The notes under the pieces: generated by a model
What the model was told of the DNA's origin: nothing
Database searches by the model: none
The model's input: only the letters and a program-made list of their open reading frames with translations
In this document: positions 17,199 to 32,100 of the stretch, one piece after another
Position numbering within the stretch: the stretch's first letter is position 1
How the letters are laid out: each line of letters starts with the position of its first letter
Virus record (IMG/VR): IMGVR_UViG_3300032007_000084
Span: 1,565-65,564 of that record
Reading direction: 5' to 3' (one strand)
DNA: 64,000 nucleotides
From: a virus
Taxonomy: Duplodnaviria > Caudoviricetes
Translations under genes and position numbers: made by a program

Positions 17199-20100
17199 AT
17201 GGCAAGAAAACGTGGTGGAAGTTGGGTTGCTAATTTTGGTCGATCGGTTGCATTCGGACTTGGAAATGCAGCGATGGATAATATGACAACCGTTAGATCA
17301 CTGAAAGATGATAATGAAGAATTCATGAAAAACGTCTATGAGACGATGAAGGATATTAAGAATCTTCAGTCAACCATCATTGATAAATACTACGATAGTT
17401 CAGAAGATGCAAAAGAAGTCAAAGATGCTCTGAAAGATCTGAAAGAGAATGGATCGAAGGGCTTTAAGAACTTTTTGAAGAACGGTACCATCGGTCTTTC
17501 CGATGAGGAACGTGAAAAGAATGAAATGAAAGCCTTCGGCATGGAAGACATGGACTTCGATCTCGGAGACTTAGACTCTGGTGAAGATGATCTTGAAAAA
17601 GCGCTTGCTGGGGTAGATGAAGACGAAGATCTTATGACTCCTATGGAGAAAAAGACTTCGGATATTGGAAATGCTCAATTAAAAGCAGTTAATGATAATA
17701 CGCGTGCAGAAGTTGCCATTGGGCAACGGACAGCAAATGCGATTGAAAATGTTGCGAAGGTTACCACGAATCAAACAGAGATTTTGGCTGGTGGTATTGC
17801 CGCAGGAAATAAACTCCAGGCAAACATTGCTGAGTCGAATGCAGCATTGCAAACGGCACTAAGCAATCGTGTGGTTACTGGACTTGGAACGTTGAATGAA
17901 ACCGCGAATAAATTGGTTGCATTCAATACGGATATCATGGGGCGTCAGATTGATGCTTCTATGAAGTTCTATACGGATTCCTTAACGGAATTACAGAAGA
18001 TTAGTTCGATCTTGGAGCGTGCCTTCCCAGAGGATAAGGGTAGAGAACAGAGAGAATCTGCATACTCTGAATCTGGGTTGGATATGGGACGTCTGAATAT
18101 CAATGGGTATTTGAAACAAGTTCGTCGGAACTTTGATGATACCACGGCTGGTATGATGATCAGTCAGTTTGCTGATCCGCAAACGATTAAGATGTTTGCG
18201 GCTGATCCTCTTGGGGTCGGTGCAGAAATGGCATTTAGCTTTATGATGCCAGCCGTCTTAGAGAAATCCATGAAAAAGTTTGATGAATCCATTTCGGAAT
18301 TCATTCCTGCTTTGATTGGTAAGATTACAGATTATGGAGAGAATGGAGAAGGACCATTAACATGGCTGGCGAAACTCTTTGGAGTTCCACTTCCTTCTTC
18401 AAAGATTAACGTTAGAAACTATGAAAAAGGGCCTGTACCGTTCGATGGTATTACACATCGTACGATTAATCAGGTCATTCCAAGATACTTAAGCGAGATC
18501 GTCGGACTTCTTGGCGGAGAACGCATGATGTACGACTACAACGAAGCTCGCTTTAAGACGAATGAAGAAATTAAGAAAGATGTAGATCGTGAAAAAGAAT
18601 CTGATGTGCATATGGCCATGGATTTCGATACCATGGAAAAATATCGCTCAGAATTCAAGAAACTCCGTCATTATGGTGAGGGAGAAAAAGGAAGAAAACA
18701 AGACGAGCAGAATGATAAGGACTTAGAGCGTATTTTCAAAGCCATTGCGATGAGTGGAGAAAATACGATTGATGTAAAGAATATTGGTAAATACTTGGAA
18801 GGAAAGGATATTGGTGCAGAAGCCAAAGCTATCTTCCAAGCGATTACGAATCGAATGGATTATATGGATAAATATCATTTGATGAATGCTCCAAAGAAAT
18901 TTGCTCAGTATCAGTATGATCGTTATGGTCGTCGTGGAAAAACGGACTATAAGTACGATTATATGGCAGATAACTTTGATCGTCGTCGTTCGGAAGATTC
19001 CTTCCATATGAGTGACGAGGAAAGTTATGAACTCCAGAAGCTGATAAAAGAAGAGCAGCGCTCCAAGCAGTATAAAACGGAGATGACAACGCAACAGAAA
19101 AAGCGTTTGAAAGAACTCCGTAAGAAAGAAGAAGAAATTGAAAACGGAACGTATCGTATTGATGAGAAACCGCAAGAAGTGCAGAAGCAAGTTTCCACGA
19201 TTGATAAGATCTTGGAAACGAATAATCAATCCTTAAATGAAATCAAGAGTATCCATGAGCTCTTGTCAAATATGGTAACAAGCGGTTTAAAAGTTATTCC
19301 AATGGGATCGATTCCAGGATACGGTAGCGGAAGACGCCAACGTAGAAGAAGAAATCGAGGAAATGCAAATGTTCCTCCAATTCCTCCTGCACCAGAACAA
19401 AATCCATCTACAAATGAAGCAAATAATTCAGAAGTCTTAACTACAGAAGAAAATCCATATAATGCACCGAAAGGTTTCGATAGTGAAGGTCGTATTACAA
19501 TCAAACAGGATGATTCTAACGATATTGAAGAACTTTTGGAAAATGCATTGGAAGAAGGACTTAATAAATCTGGTGTAAATCAAGACTGGGTTTCTGATTT
19601 CCAAGATAAACTAGATGAAATTGCAAGTAATGAAAAAGATAAAGAAGAAGAAAAGAAAGAAGCAGAGCAAGAAAAGAAAGAGGAAGAAGGACGAGAGGAA
19701 AACTTCTTGGATCGATTCATGCAAATGCTTCATTCTCCAATTCAAACGGTTGCTGTATTCATGGATAAAGTGAGTGCTGGGCTGTACAATCTTTTCTTTG
19801 ATACAGAGGGAAATAAAGATTCCATTGTAAAAACGTTAAAATCTTCATTTGATGATCTTGTAAAAGGAATAAAAGATACGTTACATGAAGAATTTTTCAA
19901 TCCATTGAAGAATTTTGTATATAAAGATATTATGGAAGGTGGTCTTCGTAATAGTGTTAATAATACAATTACGAAGGTTCGTAATTTCTTTACAGATGCA
20001 TTTGAAGAAGACTATGAAGAAGAAAAACCAACCGTTAGAAATGTAAAAGGAGAAAATGCGGAAAATGCTCCAACCGCAGCATTTGGTAGAATTCTTTCTT

Positions 20101-23100
20101 TTGCATTTGGTGGTAAGATTACAGATGCTGAATTAACAGAAAAACGTAAAATGGCAGCAAAGTCTGCTAAAAATGGTGGACCATGGGTTCGTATTAATCA
20201 AACAAAGAAAGTTAAGATTAATGGGAGAGATGTTATCCTTCATAAAGGAGAGTATTATAATCCGAAAACGTCGGAAGTAATTCCAACGTCAAATGATGAA
20301 GGAAATCTTAGATCCGATCAAAAAGAAGAATATCGTTATGCAGATGGCGATGGGTTGAATGAATATATTAAGAAATATATGAAAGAAAATGGTTTTGATA
20401 AGAATGATGGATTCAATCCAAATAATCAAAACCAAAAAGTTGCGAATAATATTGAAAAGATTGCTGAAAATACGAAACAAACAACAGAAGCCGTTGATAA
20501 GCAAACGAATAAGATAGATCAGCAGAAAAAAGAAGAAAAGAAAGAAGCGCAAGAAAAGAAAACTCCAAATAGTATCAAAGAGAATGTAAAATCCCTCTTT
20601 GGAGAAATTAAAGATGACCTTTCCATGTATATCTTCGGTAAGAATACCGATAAATACGGAAAGCAAAAACCACTTGTAAATCAAATCCAAGATATGTTTG
20701 CTGTTGGTACGAAGAAGTTTAACAATTTCTTCTTTGGCCAAACGGAATACGATTCGAAAGAATCTATGGATCAGTATAAAGAATCCTTTAAGAAGTCGCT
20801 TCCGAAAGGAATTGCAAGAGGACTGGTATTTGGTGGTGGATTGACTGCAATCTCTGCTGCTGGAGGATTTGGTCTTCTTGGTTCTCTCTTCCTTCCAGGT
20901 GGTCCGATTGGTTCTGTTATTCTTGGTATGGGCATCGGATTGTTGAGTGAAAATCGGAAGCTGAAAGATTGGCTTTTTGGACCTGCTGATGAAAACGGTA
21001 ATCGCAAGCAAGGTGGCGTTGTACCGAAATCTTTCATCAACTTCTTCCAGAGAAATAAGAAAACGATTATTGGTGCAGGTGCTTTTGGTACCTTGCAAGG
21101 AATTACTGGTATTAGTGTCATTGGTTCTCTTCTTAGCTTACTTCCTGGTGGCATGGGCGGAGCAATTGGGTTCCTTCCTGGACTGGGTGTAAGCATCATT
21201 GGACCGACGGTATTTAGTATCGCTGCGGCTATGGCATTTAAGAGTAACCGTGTACAGAATATTCTCTTTGGTAAGCCAGACGAAAAGACTGGTAAACGTA
21301 TTGGCGGAGTATTGCAGAGTGAGAGTGCAAAAACTCTTAGAAAGCAATTACCTTCTATCGTTACAGGAGCCGCTATTGGCGCAGGTTCCTCCCTCGTTCT
21401 TGGAAACATGGGTATTCTTGGAAGTTTGGCTCTTGGTCCATGGACCTCTGCTATTATTGGTGGAGCAATTGGCTTTGGATTGACTTCTAAGAAGTTCAAA
21501 GAAGCACTATTCGGTAAGCAAGATAAAAATGGTAATTTTATTAGTGGCGGTATTGTAGACCGTATGAAGAAATTCTTCAAGGTTGAATTCTATAATAAAT
21601 TTGCAAATTTCCTTGCAAAACAACGTGTAGAGTTTAAGAAATTCTTCCAACTTCGTTTATTGGATCTGAAGAAAATCTTTACTCCTGCAAAATTGCTTGG
21701 AAAGCAAATTCTTGAAGGTGCAAAGAAATCCATTAAAAATGTTTTTGATATGATTACGGGTCAGGTAAAGAGTATCTTTAGCCCGATCTTGAAACCATTC
21801 CAGAAAGCATTTAGTTGGTTATTCCATACGGTAATGGATGCAGGTAGTTCCATTGCAAATGCTAGTATGAGTGTTGCAAGAGGATTGATTACTGCTCCAT
21901 TGAAACTTGTTACCGCGCCATTCAATTTGCTTGGTCGTCATTATCGTAAGAACGGTACAGATGAACAGAAAGCTGCAATGGCTGAAGCGGATAAGAAAGA
22001 TGCAGAAGCGAGAGAACGCATTCAAAAGCAATACGAGTCTGAAAAACGTATTATGGAGAATGCAAATCGAGCTCGTGATATTGAAACGGATAATGCTAGA
22101 AAGCATGGATATAAGTTAAGCCCTGAAGAACTTGAAGAAAAAACTAGAAAATGGCAAGCTGAGCAAGAAGCACTTGCGAATTCCAAAAAGCAAGTGGAAA
22201 TGCATGAGCAAAGTAATGAAATCTTAGATGCAATTCTTCATAGAGCTGAATCTATTGAGGAAGAATTAAAACGGAATGCATCGATTGATCGCCAAGTTTC
22301 TCGTCAAGGGAAAGTAAGATCTACTATTAAGACTAATAAACGTCGTCGTAATTTGATTCAAGCGGTTCAAAATAATAAAACGTTTAATGCACAAACTGCA
22401 AATGCAGGGATGGAATTTGCTGGAAAAGCTTTGTCTGGAGAAGATCGTGATGAAGCATCTTATAATGCAATTAGTAAAATGCTTCTTCGCCTTGGAAGAA
22501 GTAAGAAAGGTAAAAAGCGGGATAAGTTAATTTCTCGTATCAGTGGTTTAAGTAAAAAATCTGTTTATAATGTTTTGAATAAAATGCAAGCGAAAGGAAC
22601 GGATGTTAGTTCCATTTCGAAAATCTTTGGTCATGTAACTTCTGAAGGAAAACCAACCTCAGAAGATGAACCGCATGCATTTGGTTTCCTTTCAGATATT
22701 GCTGGAGCTGCAAAGAGTCTTTTTGGAGCAAAAGATGCAGTCTCGTCTGCTCTTCAATCTGCTCATACAAAAGATGCAATTGGCCAAGGTATTATTGAAG
22801 GAAATAAAACGAATAATAAGATGAAAGATACGGCAACTTCAAATCGTAGAGAGCGTAGACTTTCTACAGGTGAAATTGCACCAGCTTCATCAGATCAGGG
22901 TAACAATAAAAATGCACAAAAGAGAGAAATGCGGAATGGATTCGCTGATTTTGTAGAAAAAGCATTTGGTGTTACAAAAGGAGTTGCTCAATCTATTGGT
23001 ACTGCACTTGGTGCTGCTGGTGGAAAAGCAAAATCTTGGGTAAAAGAACGTAAAATTGATAAGGGCTTAACTGCTCAAGGAATTAAAGAAGCTAGAAAAG

Positions 23101-26100
23101 AAGAAAGTTTCCGTCAGCAACTTCTTGCGGCTCTTCGTGAAGGTCGTCAGATTATGCTTGGTGGAGATAAAAAGAAAGAAAGCTTGCTTTCTGATATCTT
23201 GGATATGCTGAAAGGTGCTGGTGTACTTGGAGCAATTCTTGCTGCATTGAATGCACTTTCTCGCATCTTAAGTGGTAAATTTGGTGGTAATTATCATGAT
23301 ACACGAGTTGTTCGTGATCTTGCTCAAGGAGCTCTTCAAACAGAGCTTGGTCAAAAAGCGAAGAAAACAGCTCGTGAAAAACTTGATAAGGCAGCCAAAG
23401 TAATGAAAGAAAAAATGAAAGCTGCAAGAGACCTGATTAATGAAAAAGGAATTGGAAAGACTTTCATGGAAAACACGATGATTGGTCGTGGACTTAATCG
23501 TTTTGTAGTCCAACCTGTAAAGAAAGTGAAGAACGGTGTACAGGAAGGCTATCGTGCAGTTAAAAAAGGCGTAACAAATAAGATTGATGAAATTGCATTG
23601 CAAATGAAGTATGGACCAAGAGATCTTCTCTATGATAATGATAAAGGAGAAATGGTCCATAAACGTTGGAATAAAAATTATGTTGATCCTGAAACTGGGA
23701 AGAAATTTGGTAAATATATTGAATCAACGGATGGAAGTTTACATGATATTCAATGGATGCGTGAGCAGGAAAAAGCCGCTGGAAGAGCACCTGATCAAGC
23801 AAGGAAAGATATGTATAAGAATATTCGGGCGAAAGCCGCAAAGCTTACAAACCCGTTTGGAATTCGTACGAAACTTTCTGAGTTCGGAGGAAGAATGTAT
23901 AAAGCTGGATCCGAACCGTTTAAGAAAGCATGGAATGGATATACTACGAAATCAGGAAAACAAGTTGCAGGTGTAAAGAAAATTGGTAGATTTGCTCGCG
24001 ATGCTGCAAAGAAAGGTGCTAAAAAAGCAGCTAATTTTTCATTAGAAGCAACGAAAATTGCTGGAAAATTAGCACTTGCTGGTGCATTTTCTCCTATTAC
24101 AGCAGGATACTTTGCCGCAAAAGGAGGAAAGAAACTTATAAATCTTGCAGAAAATAAACTTCCTGCGATGATTGAAAAAGGAAAAAATGAAATTGGAAAG
24201 TTTGCATCATGGGTGGCTAGTTCTGATACTGTAAAAAATGCTAAGAAAGGAATTCGTAGTGTAAAGAAAGGTATTGGAACTGCAAAGAAAGCAATTAGTG
24301 ATGAAGTAGGTTTGATTTATAAAGAAGGAAAAGAAAATGTTGCTAGAAGATATGGAGCTGCAAAGAAAGCAGTTGGAAACCAGATTGAAAAAGTAAAAAA
24401 TCTTCCAAAGAAAGCTTGGAACAGTAAAGTTGTTAAGAAAGCAAGATTTAATGTTGAAACGACAAAAGAAATCCTGCAAAAGCGGGCATCTGATAAAATT
24501 TCTGATATCAGCAAAGCTGTTGGAGGATACGCAGATTCTGTTGTAGGATGGTTTAGTCGTAAGAAGAAAGATATTGTTAAAGAATTAGATAAGGTTACCA
24601 TTCATGGTACCGAATTGACAAAGATTCCAGGAGCTCTTGCGAAGCAAGCGGAAACAGAAGCCGCTACTATCTTTGGCATGGTTCGTTCAGGAGGAGCACA
24701 ACTTGCTCAATCTGGACCAATTCAAGCAATGATGAGCGGTGTTCGTACAGCAGCTAGTGTTGCTGTTGCTCCGTTTAAAGCTGTTGGCGGAATGGGAATG
24801 GAGTTGTATCGTTCTGGTGCCCATGCACTGGAATCGATTGGTAAAGCAGGAGCTGAAGCTGCTGAAGAAGTTGGAGAAAAAGCTGCGGAAGCAAAGGCAA
24901 CTTTCACTTCGTTTAAAGATATGCGCTCAAAAATCGTAAAAGAAGCGAAAGGTGGATTGCAGAAATTCAAATCTTTGGCTACAAAAGCAATTTCGTTTAT
25001 TACGAGTAATGAAACAGTTCAGAAGTTCCTTGGAGGAGACGGTGGAGGAAAACTCGCTGAGAAATTCAAGGGAGTTCTTGAAAAAGTTGGACCAAAAGAA
25101 TTCGCAAGTATTGCAAAGAAAGCTGCAACGGCAGCTGCAAAAGTAGCTGGAACTGCTGTAACTCTTGGTTTGTCACAATTAGCATTTTCTGCTTATGATG
25201 CGTATTCTGGTGTAACAGATGCCGCAGAAATGTGGGGAGTTCTTCCAGAAGACTGCACAGCAGGAATGAAAACGGCTGCTGCAATTTTGAATGTTATCAT
25301 GGGTCTTGGACCGATGGTTTATGTTGATCTTGCATTTGAGGCTGTTTATCTTGGAACGTCTATGTTGGGTCAAAGTGACCCGATCAATATTAAACGTGAA
25401 ATTTTGCTGATGATTTATGAATGCTTGCCTGATTCTTATGATGAAGAAGAAGTCAAAGGATTGCAGGATAAAGCAAACTCTGATTATGAAAATTATTTGA
25501 TGGAGCAATATAAGCAAATGACTGGTGCCACGGATGAGCAAATTGCTGGAATGTCTGCGGAACAAAAGAAGCAGGCAATGGAGCAAGCTCAGCAGAATGG
25601 TGCAAAATCAAAAGACGATTATTTGGCTGAAAAGAATGATGCTCATACTCCAGTAATGGATGAAATTCGTGGAACTACACTTGGTTCCTGGTTGTTTGGT
25701 TCAAATGATGAAAATGGTAATTACCAACCTGGATTCTTCTCGAATGCGAAAGACTTCTTGCTTGGTAATCGTAAGAAAGGTCAAAAGAGTGTATTTGGAC
25801 GTGTTTCGGATGCTCTCTTTGGTACGGGTGAAGAAGATGAAAATGGTGATGTCGATAAAGGAATCATTGGAACTGCAAAAGATAAGATAACTGGTTTTGT
25901 TACTGGTATTGGCAATTTCTTTGGTGACATTGGAGACTTTTTGTTCAAAAAATCGATGGATGAAAAGCTTACAATGATTTGGAAATATTTTATTGGTGGT
26001 AATGATGAAAATGGTGAATATCAAATTGGTGTTTTTCCGAAGATTTGGGGAAAGATTAAGGATTTTGGTAATTCTGTATTTAAATTCTTTGATGATATTG

Positions 26101-29100
26101 GAAAGAATTTTGATCAAGCATTGAATACGGATACCGTTGGTAATTCTATCAATCCGATTGGTAGAGCCTTCAGTATCGTAGCAAATGTTGTTCGCGGAAT
26201 GCTTGGATTGGATATGACACAGTCTCCGATTAAAGATAGCATTTCACAGTTCTTGCACATGGATTCGTTTGGTCCATTTACAACTTTCTTTAATTGGATG
26301 GGCGATACGTTTGATAATACCATTGGTTACATGGTAAATGAGATTACTGATAAAGGTGCGATTGCGGGTACCTGGTCAATCATTAAATCCATAGGTCAAG
26401 GTATTTGGAATTGGATTGATAGTGGAACTACTGGAGGTGCAATTGATACTGTTTCGGATGCAGTTAGTGATTGGGCTTCTGGTATTTCAGATACCTTCCA
26501 TAATATTATGGGATGGTTTACAGAACTTTATGATGGAGTATCCAAGGCAGATACTCTTGGAGCAAAATTTGATGTCGTAAAGAATATGTTAAAGGGTCTC
26601 TTTGGTGTTAAGCCAGATGAAGATTTTCTTTCAACAGCATTCGGTAAAATGCAAAAAGCGATTGGTGATGCTTTTGATACAATAAAGCAAAAATGGAATG
26701 ATATTAAAGATTGGTGGGATAAGTTCGATCCTAAGCAGATTTTCTGGGATGCCATGAAGAAAGCTTTCCCGAAATTCACGGAAGCACTGGATGATACGAA
26801 AGCCCGTTGGGAACGAGAACATTCCGAAGATAAAGGAACTGGAATTTATTCTGGCTCTGGTTATAGTAGAACTGCAACCATTCGTGGTGCAGCGAATATT
26901 ATGAAGAGTTATGGATTTAATCCGAATGCTTCTGGATCTGGAAATAGTGAATATGGTACATATACACAGAATGATAGTGCATGGGGTTCAAAACGTACCA
27001 TTGCAAATGGTTCGATGTCACAAGTTGGTTGTGGTCCGACTACGCTTGCAAATGGTATGAATTCAGCATTTGGTTTGAATATGACTCCTATGCAAGCTGC
27101 TAGTCTGATTCAACCAGGTGATCTTCCTGTGGATGGATCTCCTGGAGTAACTGCAAATTACTTCCCCGAGGCAGTGAATGCTCTTGGTGGAGAATATATT
27201 GGTTTGGATCCGAATAATCCTCGTAGTGTAGAAGCTGCTTTGCAATCTGGCTTTACCATGGTTGCTGGTGGCAAATCCATGGATAATGGAACGTCCCAGG
27301 CCTTTACGGCTGGTGGGCACTATACGATGCTCAAAGGTGGATATACGAAGGGTGGTATTCCTTATACGTACTCTTATGATCCACTGGGCGGGAATCGTGA
27401 AAAACCGATTGCTTTGGATCGGGTACTTCGTGATGTCAATCGCGAAGGTGGGCCGAATATGATTGGTATGATTGCACCAAAGGGTACAGATGCATCTGCA
27501 TTTGATGGAGTCAGTTTCAATAACCCGATGTATCAGTATAATGGATTTGGTAGTGGTACGGGTGATTCCGTTGATAAGATCGGTCTGTTTACACAAAACT
27601 TTGCTACGATTATGAAAGATTATGCGATGGCTGGTTTACTTGGGAAACCATACACAGGATCTGTGTTGAATGATGGTAGTAACCACAGTGGTTCAAATTC
27701 ATCTTCTTCTACAATAAATCCTGGAAATGTATCGGGTGACTATAGAAGTATTGTAAATGGTTTGATGCAGCTTGGATTTACGAAGGTTGCTGCTGCTGGT
27801 ATTGCTGGCAATATCATGCAGGAATCGAGTATGGATCCAAATGCAGATAATGGATCGCATCATGGTCTCGTTCAATGGGATCATGCAAATCGTTGGGCAA
27901 GTGCTGTTGCTTGGTGTCAATCTCATGGATTGGATCCGAATAGCATTGGTGGCCAATTAGCATACGTTGCTGAGGAATGCAAACAAAGTGGTTTGTTCAA
28001 TCAAATGAATGCTTGCTCTTCTCCGGAAGAAGCAGCTCGTCTGTTTGAAGCAGAGTTTGAACGCTCTGGAGGTTCTGAAGTTGGTAAACGTATTAAGTAT
28101 GCGAATGAAGCATTTGCACAAGCTGCTGGTTCTGGACTTCATGGAGGATCAGGACTTTCTCGCGTAAAGAATATTGTTAGTAGGTATATTGGAAGAAGAT
28201 CTTCTGGTACTGGTACAGATAACTGGGCAGAGCAAACCGGAGGAGTTAGTTCCGATGGTGCTCAACCTCAGACGATGGCTATGCTGGATGATCTTGGTGC
28301 TTGGTTTAAGGGTAAAACAGGTCATAAACTGGTTGTTACTGCAATTACGAATGGTAGTCATGCAAGTGGTGAATTCAGCCATGCAAATGGTTGGAAAGCT
28401 GATGTCAATGACTGGTCTGGTCCTGAAGGATTGACTGGTGGTTGGATTCTCGGTGATGGCGGAGCGGAAGTTCCAGGTTCACTTGCTGCTCAATTTGAAG
28501 AATATGGTAACTCCAAGGGTGTTGGAGTTAACTGGGAAAATGATCACTTTGATCTTTCTGCTGCTGGTGATCAATGGGCTGATCCATTACACAGCGGCGG
28601 TAAGACAGGAAATCTTGGTGGATATAACGGTGACGGAAAAGCAACTCCGACATCGGGGAAATCAAGTAGTGGTTCTACAGGTGGAGCAGATCCATGGTCT
28701 ACCTTTATTGCAAATATTGGTACGATTGGTAAAGATTACGCAATGGCTATGCTTGGTGGAAAAGTATATCAGGGCTCGCAATTGCAAACACCTGGATCCA
28801 ATTCTGGACCAAGTGGAAGCAGTGGAAATTATGGCTCTGGTACAGCAGATCCTGATGTGGCAAAAATGCCATATGGTGAAGCTGCGAATAAAGTAGCTGT
28901 GAAATTTAATATGCCTGCAAAACTTGTGTATGCACAAATGCAGCATGAGACAGGTGACTTTGCAAATCCTGGAACGAGTTTCCATAATTACTCTGGCATG
29001 AAATTTGATTGTAACAATGGTCTTGGAACAACTGATGACGGATATACAATCTTTAACAATGATGATGAATGGGTTGATTACTACGGTAAAACACTCGCGA

Positions 29101-32100
29101 ATGAACCAGGTATTCATGAAGCGCATGATGTAGCTTCTTGGGCTCATGCTCTTAAAGAGGGTGGGTATTACGAAGCTACTGAATCCGAATATGCAAATGG
29201 AATGAATAGTTGGATGAAGCAAAATGGTTGGGCTGGTGGTTCTGGTATGGGACTCTCAGCAACTCCATATGGACCATTAACGGCTTCACAAGCAATGATT
29301 AAGAAGTTTGATGATAACGAACAGAAACGTTATGAAGAACTTCGTAAGAAGTATCCGAATATGGATTTCAACCTTCGTGGTTGGAGAGATCGTGATCATC
29401 TTGGTGATAAAGGTAATGCGATTTATCAATCTCCATGGCAAGGAGGGATCGATCAGATTCGTCATGCACAATGGAGCAATGATGGACCAATTACCATGGC
29501 AAAGACTTCTCGGATTGAAGAATTGACGAACCGTTATGGTTTGAAATACGATGACTATGGTAACCTCATTGGTTATGACGGTCCGGATTATAATAAGATT
29601 GATGGTACAGAAGATCAAAATGTGAAGTATAGTAAGCAGGCACAACAGATTGCATTGTATTTGGAGAAGCATCCAGAAGTTGCGAATCAGCCGTCTGCAA
29701 ATGCGATTGAAGCTCCGAAATCTACGGAGGTTCCAAATAATGTAGCGAATGCATCCGTGCAGAAGAATATCCAAAAGGCGAATAATCTCATTGATGAGAG
29801 TACAACCTTCGGAGATTGGACAGCCCGGATGGTAAAGAAATATGGATTAACGTTTGATGAAAATAATAACTTGAAAGAATTAGAAGGTAATATTCCAGAT
29901 GAAATCAATAATACTGGTGTTACGGATTTGGCTACTGTTTATGAAAATGAACGGAAGCAAATGATACTTTGGATTCAAAAGAATCCGAATGGGAAACCAA
30001 GAACCGTAAAAGATATTGAACTCGCAATTAGTCGTGGAATCATCAAATCAGATGACATTAAACGTTATATTTCTCAGTATGGAATTAAGTTTGATCAGCG
30101 TTTGAATGTTCAGATGCCAGATTATACAATTCCGGAAGAAATTAAGATTACAGGTAGTGAAAAGACAGAAGAAGAGATTTACCATAAACAAGGTCTTCAG
30201 ATTCTTGACTATGCACAGAAGCATGGAACGAAGTTGAAGATGCGTCGTTATGGAATTGAAGATTCTGTCTGGGCAAAGCAGCATGGCTATTTTGACGCCA
30301 ATGGGAAACCAACACAACAGTTGTATGGGAAGACAGCCGGTGTCGATGAGGAAGGTTACCTCGTTGATCAGAACGGAATTCGTACACATGCATACAGCCA
30401 GAGAAATGGTGGTCATTACAGCATTGATTCTCGTGGTAGAGTGCATCGTCGTGGATTCTGGTCGAAGCTGTTCCCGAATCTTTCCGATGCTTGGTATCGC
30501 ATGAAGGATAATCAGGCGTATAATAAAGAATGGAATCGTCGCAGGAGTGCTGGAGAAATTCCAGGTGCTGTTCTCAGCTATTCTGGATCTGGTCTTGCTA
30601 ATCAGCAATATTATCGTGATTCTGCTGCGCAATATGGGATTCCTAATGATGTGGTTGAGAATTGGGTCAAGATGGACCAAGGAATCAGCGCAAAATGGGA
30701 TGACTTTAAAGCAAGAGTTAAAGCAAATGGTGGAGTTCTCACTCCAGAATTATTGCAAGAGCAGAAAGCTCTTCGTCATGAGAATGGTTTAATTGCTAAT
30801 CAGATTGGTAAAGAACGTCGTAAGTATACGGATGGTAAACCAAGTATTCCTTCTTATGATACACAAGTTCAAAATACAGTTGATAAAATGAACAAAGCGC
30901 CTGCATATTCAAATATGCCAGATGCTCAAAAGAAAGCAATGGCTGGCAGAACAGCTCAGGTGAATGCTAGAATTGCTGAAGCGAAAGCTAAGCAAGCAAC
31001 ACCTCCAGTAGTTGCTCAAAAACCAGTTGCAAAACCGGTAGAAGTTGCAAAGAATGATTTACCAACACCGAAAACAGTGCAAGAAATTAAAGCTCAGCAT
31101 AATGCAAAACTTGTTGAAATGGCTCAAAAAGCTAAGATTACAGAATCTGCGAATACTGTAAAGAAAAATGATATTACAACTCCAATGCAAGAAGCAGTTA
31201 ACACGGCAACGTCGTCTAATAAAAAAGATGCGCTTTCTGGTGTAGATACTTCTGGCGATTGGACTGCCCGTATGGTTAAGAAATATGGATTAAACTTTGA
31301 TGAAAATAATAATTTGAAAGAACTTGGAAAGAATATACCAGATGAAATTAATAATACAGGTGTTAATGATTTAAATACCATTTATGAAAATGAACGGAAG
31401 CAGGTTATGGAATGGATTCGTAAGAATCCAAACGGAAAACCAAAGTCTGCGAATGAAATTGAAACAGCTTTTAAGCGTGGTTTGATTAATCAGGATACAA
31501 TTAAGAAATATACGGAAAAGTTTGGACTTAAATTTGATGAAGCATTGAATGTATCAATGCCAGATTATGAAGTCCCAGAAGAAATGAAGATTACTGGAAA
31601 CGAGAAAGATGAAAATGAAATTTACCATAAACAAGCGCTTCAAATTGCTGACTATGCGCAAAAGCATGGTGAAAAATTGAAGATGCGGAAATATGGTATT
31701 GAAGATTCTGTGTGGTATAAGAGGACACATGGAGATGTGTCAGATTATGGAAAGACAGCTCGTGTCGATGAAAACGGTAACTTGGTTGACGCTGCTGGAT
31801 TGCAAACACATGCGTACACGCAACGCCATAAAGGACATTACACGGCTGACTCTCGTGGTAGAGTTCATCGTCGTGGTTTACTGTCGAAACTGTTCCCGAA
31901 CCTCTCTGATAAATGGTATCGGATGAAGGATAATCAGGAATACAATAAGCAGTATAATGCGAAGATGAAAGAAATCAAGCAGAATGGTATTGAAGCAACT
32001 GTTGAGAAAGATAAAGCGAATAAGATTGAAAGTGATACGAATACGATCAAATCGATTGTAAGTCGTTATAAACTGACTCCCGATGATTTCGATAGTTATG

